Source: an uncultured Ignavibacteriota bacterium
GTDB lineage: Bacteria; Bacteroidota; Ignavibacteria; UBA10030; BY39
NCBI GenBank assembly: GCA_947085405.1
Contig: CAMTWO010000013.1
Span: forward strand, 84,193 to 148,192
Direction: 5' to 3'
Length of the DNA stretch: 64,000 nucleotides
Below the pieces are notes generated by a model. The model ran no database searches, had not been told where the DNA came from, and saw only the letters and a list, made by a program, of their open reading frames with translations. Each line of letters opens with the position of its first letter. Position 1 is the first letter of the stretch. The position numbers were made by a program, and so were the translations under genes. Of this stretch, positions 58,259 through 64,000 are shown piece after piece.

Positions 58259-59548
58259 CTACTTCCCTAAAACCGCCTTCAACCACGAGTATGGCACATC
58301 CCAATGATTTACAGGAAATTCGTGACCGAGATTTGCGTGGATAATTAACTGTTTCGTTCTGCTTGGTATCCGATTGTACAAAGCGAAAACTGTATTGGGT
58401 GCGGATATCCTGTCTTTAAAATGTGTCGAAAGTAAAACAGGTTTTGTAAATCGCTCTGTAAAATTATTAGCATCAAAGTAACTTAATGTCCGGAGCGCTA
58501 TTCTCTGATTAACTAATCCGTTGATTATCGACCTTCTTACACGCGAGCAACAACCGCTTTCGATTCCTTCCGGAAAACTGCATAAAGTCGGAATTGTTGC
58601 AACGGTGGCTTTAATCCTGTTATCCAACCCTGTTAAAAGCAATGCCAAGCCACCGCCTTGACTTGTTCCCACAACACCGATGCGTGTTGTATCCACTTCA
58701 CTTCGTGTATAAAAAAAATCGATAGCTCGCTTTGCACTTGCAACTGCTTTTTGTAAATAATACCCGCTTGGATTATCAAGGTTCTGTCCTGCCGATGGGT
58801 CATCGCCTTCTGGATAATTATCGAACTCAACATCCAATCCGTGAATCTGTATCGCGATGACTGCGAATCCGAGTCTTGCAAGAGTATATGGAATTTGTAT
58901 CGAAGTATTTCCATAACTTGGCAGGATTAAAATTGCCGGAAGGGGATCATCGGATTTTGGGAAACAATACCAGGCTTTTATACACATTGTATCAAAACTC
59001 CGATAAATTAATTTAAAAACTTTGATTCTGTCCTGTTGTTTATCCGAGTCTTCTGTTAATTCAAAGTAAGGGTGTAAGGTATCTAAAGCAGAAAATGTAT
59101 TCAGCCAAAATGTTTCAAAATCTATCGGATTTGTAGGTGAATAAAGAATCGAATCCGGTTGATACGCAAAGGTAAGTGTATCTGAAAAATATTCGTATTC
59201 ACCTGTAACTACCCGGGCAAAAATTTCGTAAAAGCCAGGACGCCATTGATAGTTGAGTGTTTTTTTTTCAGAAGTAAGGTGGATTGTTTTTAAACCCTTC
59301 TCAAAACTTATATTATTTTCATGAATATTATCATATTTTTTTTGTGCGATGTTTTTCAGCCGTACAAAAATTTTTCCTCTGACCTTTCGTTGTGACTCGA
59401 TTCTTACATTAAATTTGGGTAAATGAGTTTTATTGAATATGTGAGTTGGTAGGAACGATTCAATGGATACCGAAATAATCCGTTGTGCATAAGAATTCGA
59501 TTCAGATATTAAAAATAAAATCGCTACGATCGGGATAATTCGGTGTAT
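58259..59548 (-). CDS. Secreted alpha/beta hydrolase, acetyl xylan esterase (AXE1/CE7)-like, with an extra N-terminal domain and an uncertain non-canonical start
   Basis: The ATG-initiated ORF (58259-58987, 242 aa) contains the GxSxG nucleophile motif (GTSQGGG). The same frame stays open upstream to 59605 and encodes the conserved AXE1 N-terminal region (NPIDFETFW...IKVFKLIYRSFD) and a signal peptide (KNIHRIIPIVAILFLISESNSYAQ). There is no in-frame ATG, GTG or TTG in that stretch, so the 5' end given here is approximate. Confidence 0.5.
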   Translation of the reverse strand: MHRIIPIVAILFLISESNSYAQRIISVSIESFLPTHIFNKTHLPKFNVRIESQRKVRGKIFVRLKNIAQKKYDNIHENNISFEKGLKTIHLTSEKKTLNYQWRPGFYEIFARVVTGEYEYFSDTLTFAYQPDSILYSPTNPIDFETFWLNTFSALDTLHPYFELTEDSDKQQDRIKVFKLIYRSFDTMCIKAWYCFPKSDDPLPAILILPSYGNTSIQIPYTLARLGFAVIAIQIHGLDVEFDNYPEGDDPSAGQNLDNPSGYYLQKAVASAKRAIDFFYTRSEVDTTRIGVVGTSQGGGLALLLTGLDNRIKATVATIPTLCSFPEGIESGCCSRVRRSIINGLVNQRIALRTLSYFDANNFTERFTKPVLLSTHFKDRISAPNTVFALYNRIPSRTKQLIIHANLGHEFPVNHWDVPYSWLKAVLGK

Positions 59549-59570
59549 ATTTTTTAGGGAATGCCTAATT

Positions 59571-60233
59571 TTAAATACTTTCGACTTCTTTGATTTTAGT
59601 ATCTTTTATTTGCAAAATTCTGCTTCCCGATCTTCGAACTAAATTGTAATTATGTGTAGCCAACAAAACGGCAGTCCCTCGCGAATTGATTTGCAACAGT
59701 ACATCAAGAATTTCGTTTGCTAAGGCAGGGTCTAAATTACCGGTTGGTTCATCAGCTAAGAGAATAAAGGGTTCGTTCACCAAAGCCCGCGCAATTACAA
59801 CACGCTGCTGCTCGCCACCTGATAGCTCATTAGGCATTGCCCCGCGTTTGTGGCTCAAACCGACTTCTGCTAAAACCCGGACAATACGTCTTTGAATTTC
59901 GTGCCGCTTAACCCCTGTAACGTGTAATGGAAAGGCAACATTCTCGAAAACATTCCGGTCTTCTAAAAGCTTAAAATCCTGAAATACGACTCCCAAAGTT
60001 CTTCTCAAATAGGGAATCTCCCTTTTTTTAATTACTAACGAGTTGTATTTACCGACTGTAACCATACCTGAATTGGGGAGTAAATCCATATAAATTAAAC
60101 GAAGAAGTGTTGTCTTGCCTATGCCCGACTCACCGATTAAAGAAACAAATTCACCCGAGTTGATGTGCATGCTTATATTCGATAAAATCGGTTGAGCGTT
60201 AAATGAAAGTGTAACGTTTTTGAAAGTGATCAT
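59571..60233 (-). CDS. ftsE: Cell-division-type ABC ATPase FtsE
   Basis: 220 aa with a Walker A ([14 protein letters not shown]), [16 protein letters not shown] (FtsE-like), the ABC signature LSGGEQQR, and a Walker B. No ftsX is adjacent. Confidence 0.8.
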   Translation of the reverse strand: MITFKNVTLSFNAQPILSNISMHINSGEFVSLIGESGIGKTTLLRLIYMDLLPNSGMVTVGKYNSLVIKKREIPYLRRTLGVVFQDFKLLEDRNVFENVAFPLHVTGVKRHEIQRRIVRVLAEVGLSHKRGAMPNELSGGEQQRVVIARALVNEPFILLADEPTGNLDPALANEILDVLLQINSRGTAVLLATHNYNLVRRSGSRILQIKDTKIKEVESI

Positions 60234-60236
60234 ATT

Positions 60237-61238
60237 TTATTTTCGATTATTGCCGCGGTTAGTAATAATTGCTACTGCTGTTTTAATGGCTTCGATAGTG
60301 CTGGATGGATTTGCTCTTCCTTTTCCGGCGATGTTGAATGCTGTTCCGTGATCCGGTGATGTGCGGACTATCGGTAAGCCGGCTGTAAAGTTTACACCTT
60401 TATCAAATCCTAATAATTTTATTGGTATCAAACCTTGGTCGTGGTACATCGCCAGCACGGCGTCATAACTTTTGTAAGCGTGGATCCCAAAAAAACCATC
60501 GGCTGGGAAAGGTCCTTCAACATTAATACCATTTTTATTAGCTTGCTTCATCATCGGAATTATCAATTCATTTTCTTCTTCTCCTATAACTCCATTTTCG
60601 CCGGCATGGGGGTTAAGTGCTAATAAAGCAATTTTAGGTTTTCTGATTCTAAAATCTTTAATTAACGAATCGTTCACGGTATGTATTTTTTCTTTAAGTA
60701 ATTGTTTCGTTAACTGTAATGGAATTTCTTTGATGGGGATATGAATTGTTGCCAAAGCTACACGCACATTTTCATAAAGCATTATCATCGCGAACTTACT
60801 ACGTTTACAGAGTGCTGTAATCAATTCGGATTGTCCGGGGAAATCGAAACCCTCAAAGTTGATAGATTCTTTTGCTAAAGGTGCAGTTACCATACCATCT
60901 ACTTCTTTTTCGAGACAAATAAGAGCAGCAGATATAACTGATTCAGTAGCAAGCCTGCCGGCTTCGTATGAAAGTATTCCCGGTTTTATATTTGGTTTTA
61001 CAAATTTACGAACTGATAAAATCGGTAAAGCATCTGAATTGTTTTTAGGAACAGAATCGATTTCTTTAAGTGTGGTCTTCATTTTTAGAAGTTTTGCATA
61101 ATGCTCAAAAACATAAGTTGAGCCAACGAGAACCGGAATGCAAATTCGTTTAACTGCTGGCGATGTAGCAGCTTTTAATGCCACTTCCGGTCCGATGCCG
61201 TTATAGTCGCCCATTGTTATCGCGATAATTGATTTCAT
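60237..61238 (-). CDS. pdxA: 4-hydroxythreonine-4-phosphate dehydrogenase
   Basis: 333 aa with PdxA family motifs (ITMGDYNGIGPEV, HGTAFNIAGKG). Confidence 0.9.
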   Translation of the reverse strand: MKSIIAITMGDYNGIGPEVALKAATSPAVKRICIPVLVGSTYVFEHYAKLLKMKTTLKEIDSVPKNNSDALPILSVRKFVKPNIKPGILSYEAGRLATESVISAALICLEKEVDGMVTAPLAKESINFEGFDFPGQSELITALCKRSKFAMIMLYENVRVALATIHIPIKEIPLQLTKQLLKEKIHTVNDSLIKDFRIRKPKIALLALNPHAGENGVIGEEENELIIPMMKQANKNGINVEGPFPADGFFGIHAYKSYDAVLAMYHDQGLIPIKLLGFDKGVNFTAGLPIVRTSPDHGTAFNIAGKGRANPSSTIEAIKTAVAIITNRGNNRK

Positions 61239-61535
61239 ATCCTATACTTTAGTTGTTGAGTGTTAATTTACTAACGAGTATGTAGAAAAGCAAGAAAAAT
61301 CTTCAAAATATAAAATTTTACTTGCTTTTAGGTAAACGGGTGTATATATTTTACCCAGATTTGTAATACTGATAGCCAATACAGATTACAGAATATTCAG
61401 GATCGAGGAGGGCTATTGCCGGTTATTAATTTATAAAAAGAAAATGCTGATCTTTTTTTACATACCACTACAGGTCGTAAAAGAATGCATTCAAAAAGCT
61501 GGCTATTATTATTATTATCAGGATGCATTTTCTAA

Positions 61536-61585
61536 AACCTCTTTTTCCCTTTAACAGGGAAGGAGAGGTTTTTTTGTTTATTCCA
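61536..61585 (+). terminator. Plus-strand intrinsic-terminator-like hairpin with a T7 run, with no annotated plus-strand gene upstream
   Basis: AACCTCTTTTTCCC-TTTAACA-GGGAAGGAGAGGTT followed by TTTTTTT. Confidence 0.35.
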
Positions 61586-61748
61586 AAAATTACAAACCCG
61601 CCTTCGCCAAAGGTGGATAAATCTGGTGGGATGCGGCGGGCAAGCGAGTTTGGAAATGTAAATACTAAATCATAAATCATAAATCCCTGCCCGAACGACC
61701 GTTCGGTCGGGCGGGTAAAATCTAAAATTAAAATAAGGAGTTACAAAA

Positions 61749-64000
61749 ATGTTGAATCTTATGTCATGCCATAGGCAGATTCGCCGTGGCGAAAAATCCG
61801 CCGCAGGCGGAAAACACTTAATTTCAATCTTCACAATTTGCATTCTCGCATTGTTTGTAATGAGCAACGCAGATGCACAAGTCCCTAACAAAATTTCGTA
61901 TCAGGGACTTTTAACAACTTCCGCTGGCACACCCGTGCAGGATGGGAGTTATAATTTACAATTCAATTTATTCAAAAGTCTAAGCGTCGGGTCTTCGTTA
62001 TGGTCTGAAACACATACCGACGTTCTTGTTCAGCGTGGAACATTTAGTGTAATGCTAGGCTCCATTAATCCACTTCCTGATATTTTCAATCAACCACTAT
62101 TTGTCGAAGTAGGGACAATAAATCCCAATGTTACATTTTCGCCGCGGTCGGAGTTGACGAGCGCACCATATTCATTCAACGCAAAAGTGGCTGACTCGGC
62201 GAATACCGTGGCAAATGGTGCTATAACGTCAGTAAAGATACTCGATGGAACGATTACAAATTCTGATATTGCTCCAAACGCTGCCATAGCTCCATCAAAA
62301 ATTGATACTGCCAATCTTGGCGCAATACGGGTGGGTGGATATGCCGTCAGTGCAACCCCACAACCCAATAAACTTCTCCCTTTGAGCGCAACAGGTACGA
62401 TCCCTGGAAATATCATTGAAGGCACAACATTACCTGGCGCACACGCATCGTCACATAACGAAAGCGGAAGTGATCCTATAAATGTAACTACTGGAGTAAT
62501 AGCTGACAATGCAATCACAAGTTCTAAGATTCAGGATGGGACTATCCAGCGCACCGATGTGCAATTATCTTTTAAGGCTCCTTACTCAGATACTGCAGAT
62601 TATGCAAAGGGTGCACCACCAGCTGGTAATGCTGGAGGAGATTTAACAGGCACATATCCGTATCCGACCATTGTCACTGATGCTGTTACGAGCGCGAAGA
62701 TTGCAGATGGAACGATCCAGCGAGTTGATGTTCAATCGAGCTTCAAAGCACCATATTCCGACACTGCTGATTATGCGAAGGGTGCGCCACCAGCAGGTAA
62801 CGCAGGTGGAGATTTAACGGGCACATATCCAAATCCAACTATTGTTAGCAATGCAATCACAAGTGCAAAGATATTGGATGGCACTGTAACAAGTGCAGAT
62901 ATATCTGATGGGACAATTCAGCGTGTTGATGTTCTATCAACATTTAAGGCTCCATATTCTGACACAGCGGACTATGCGAAGGGTGCGCCACCGGCAGGAA
63001 ATGCTGGTGGAGATTTGACGGGAACATTTCCGAATCCTACAATAGTAAGCAATGCAGTTACAAGTGCTAAGATTCTTGATGGAACAATTGCTGGCTCTGA
63101 TATTAGTACAACTGCAGCAATGAATATAGCTACGTTAACAACGACTGGCAACGTCGGCATCGGGATATCGGAACCTAATGAAAAGTTGGAAGTATCGGGT
63201 AATATAAAATCCATTGGTGGAGATTTATATCTTTTTACTACTGCTAGGAGTCCAAGGGAGGCTAGACTTGCTGCATCAGGTAACGTTGGAGAAACCGTGG
63301 GTCGAGTTAATTTTTATCAAACGGGGTATGGTCAGGATGGCGTATGTGCTGCTCTTGAAGGAAGAGTTAGTTCCGATGGTACCGGTGCGGGTGAACTTTA
63401 TTTGAGAACGAGGCCATATTTGATGGCAGGTCCGCAAGATAGAATAAAGATTGATCGTTTGGGTAATGTATTTGTTACAAGTGGAAATTTGTTAATTCCG
63501 GACGGCAACGTCGGCGTTGGGACAACCAGCCCGGCTCAAAGAATGGATGTCGCTGGTACCGTACAGATGACGGGATTAAAAATGACTACGAGTCCTACGA
63601 ACGGTTATATATTAACGTCTGATGCTTCTGGTGTTGGTACATGGCAACCGGCAAGTATTGGGGGAACAGCCGGTGGTGACCTGACTGGGACATATCCTAA
63701 TCCAACAATAGCCAGTAATGCTGTAACATCAGCAAAGATTTTGGATGCTACGATAGCGACAGGTGATTTGGCTGATGCCTCGGTTACTTCTGCAAAAATA
63801 GCAGATGGGACAATTACTGGATTGGATATTAGTACAACTGCGGCGTTGAATATAGCTTCGTTAACGACGACCGGCAACGTTGGCATCGGGACGATGAGTC
63901 CGGGGGCGAAATTACATTTATATGCTGGTGGAGCAGGGAATGTGCTTCAAATAGGAAATGCAGGGTATAAATATATTTATGCTACAGAAACTAATGATAA
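61749..64000 (+). CDS. Large secreted repeat protein (tail-fibre-like TSAKI(A/L)DGT repeats), N-terminal part; continues past the window end
   Basis: An AAGGAG SD lies 8 nt upstream of the ATG, and there is a signal peptide (ISIFTICILALFVMSNADAQ). The frame is open to the window end, over 750 aa. It has four or more copies of a ~60-aa unit (APYSDTADYAKGAPPAGNAGGDLTGTYPNPTIVSNAVTSAKILDGT...) and G-N-V-G-I-G-T-x-S-P motifs. Confidence 0.6.
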   Translation, partial: MLNLMSCHRQIRRGEKSAAGGKHLISIFTICILALFVMSNADAQVPNKISYQGLLTTSAGTPVQDGSYNLQFNLFKSLSVGSSLWSETHTDVLVQRGTFSVMLGSINPLPDIFNQPLFVEVGTINPNVTFSPRSELTSAPYSFNAKVADSANTVANGAITSVKILDGTITNSDIAPNAAIAPSKIDTANLGAIRVGGYAVSATPQPNKLLPLSATGTIPGNIIEGTTLPGAHASSHNESGSDPINVTTGVIADNAITSSKIQDGTIQRTDVQLSFKAPYSDTADYAKGAPPAGNAGGDLTGTYPYPTIVTDAVTSAKIADGTIQRVDVQSSFKAPYSDTADYAKGAPPAGNAGGDLTGTYPNPTIVSNAITSAKILDGTVTSADISDGTIQRVDVLSTFKAPYSDTADYAKGAPPAGNAGGDLTGTFPNPTIVSNAVTSAKILDGTIAGSDISTTAAMNIATLTTTGNVGIGISEPNEKLEVSGNIKSIGGDLYLFTTARSPREARLAASGNVGETVGRVNFYQTGYGQDGVCAALEGRVSSDGTGAGELYLRTRPYLMAGPQDRIKIDRLGNVFVTSGNLLIPDGNVGVGTTSPAQRMDVAGTVQMTGLKMTTSPTNGYILTSDASGVGTWQPASIGGTAGGDLTGTYPNPTIASNAVTSAKILDATIATGDLADASVTSAKIADGTITGLDISTTAALNIASLTTTGNVGIGTMSPGAKLHLYAGGAGNVLQIGNAGYKYIYATETND

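Noticed and set aside
58988-59570. The possibility that the open upstream frame of the esterase is a separate gene or pure non-coding sequence.
   Set aside because: The frame runs into the ATG-ORF without a stop. It also contains the conserved AXE1 N-terminal motif that the ATG-ORF would otherwise lack, so it belongs to the same protein.
62090-63886. Minus-strand ORFs 62090-62518, 62972-63214 and 63605-63886 encoding Ala/Val/Pro-rich peptides.
   Set aside because: They are antisense to the long plus-strand repeat-protein gene and mirror its repeat periodicity. They have no start context and are artefacts of the repetitive coding sequence.
1-64000. A search for CRISPR arrays, integrases, transposases and rRNA genes.
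   Set aside because: No regularly spaced short direct repeats with unique spacers were seen, and no ORF has recombinase or transposase motifs. There is no rRNA-like conserved sequence. The only tandem repeats are the coding 45-bp units and the protein repeats of the 61749 gene.

Overview
This 64 kb window comes from a low-GC bacterium that has type IX secretion (T9SS) C-terminal sorting domains and PorV/PorQ-like genes. It also carries canonical TTGACA-N17-TATATT promoters and Shine-Dalgarno sites, so by inference it is from the FCB group and may be Ignavibacteria/Chlorobi-like rather than classical Bacteroidia. Genes are densely packed, with no transposases and no CRISPR arrays. The first ~40 kb is mostly housekeeping: the leuS 3' end, two GT2 glycosyltransferases and an O-antigen-ligase-like gene, nadK, radA, rdgB, yjbQ, phzF-family, a membrane HdrD/GlpC-like Fe-S oxidoreductase, the conserved tilS-hpt-ftsH block with a CAU-anticodon tRNA, a three-gene hpnC/hpnD/hpnE-like squalene module, a T9SS cargo/PorV-like/thioredoxin cluster, udk, an M16 peptidase, an aminotransferase, and an isolated nuoG-nuoH-nuoI trio. 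From about 38.9 to 58.1 kb lies a contiguous respiratory/metal island. It holds a CopA-type P-type ATPase, an Alternative Complex III (ACIII) in the unusual order actB-actC-actD-actF-pentaheme with no ActE in place, and a cbb3-type oxidase with a separate CcoN and a diheme CcoO/CcoP-like fusion. It also holds a CcoS-like gene, small membrane proteins, a monoheme cytochrome c lipoprotein, a MazEF-like toxin-antitoxin pair, ApbC/Mrp, a NifU-like gene and a ZIP transporter. The most unusual content is a triad of cytochrome bd (CydA)-family paralogs at 53318-57060: two carry C-terminal c-type heme domains and the third is degenerate, and no cydB is present. This looks like a cytochrome-c-fed bd-type enzyme that has not been biochemically characterised. 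Smaller oddities are listed as findings. They include a HicB-like gene inserted behind nuoI with a ~35 bp duplication of the nuoI 3' end, and an AXE1-type esterase whose conserved N-terminal domain and signal peptide lie upstream of the only ATG/GTG/TTG start. Others are a 45-nt box repeated in a hairpin-rich intergenic region, a small secreted protein built from 3x45-bp tandem repeats, and a >750-aa secreted repeat protein running off the window end.
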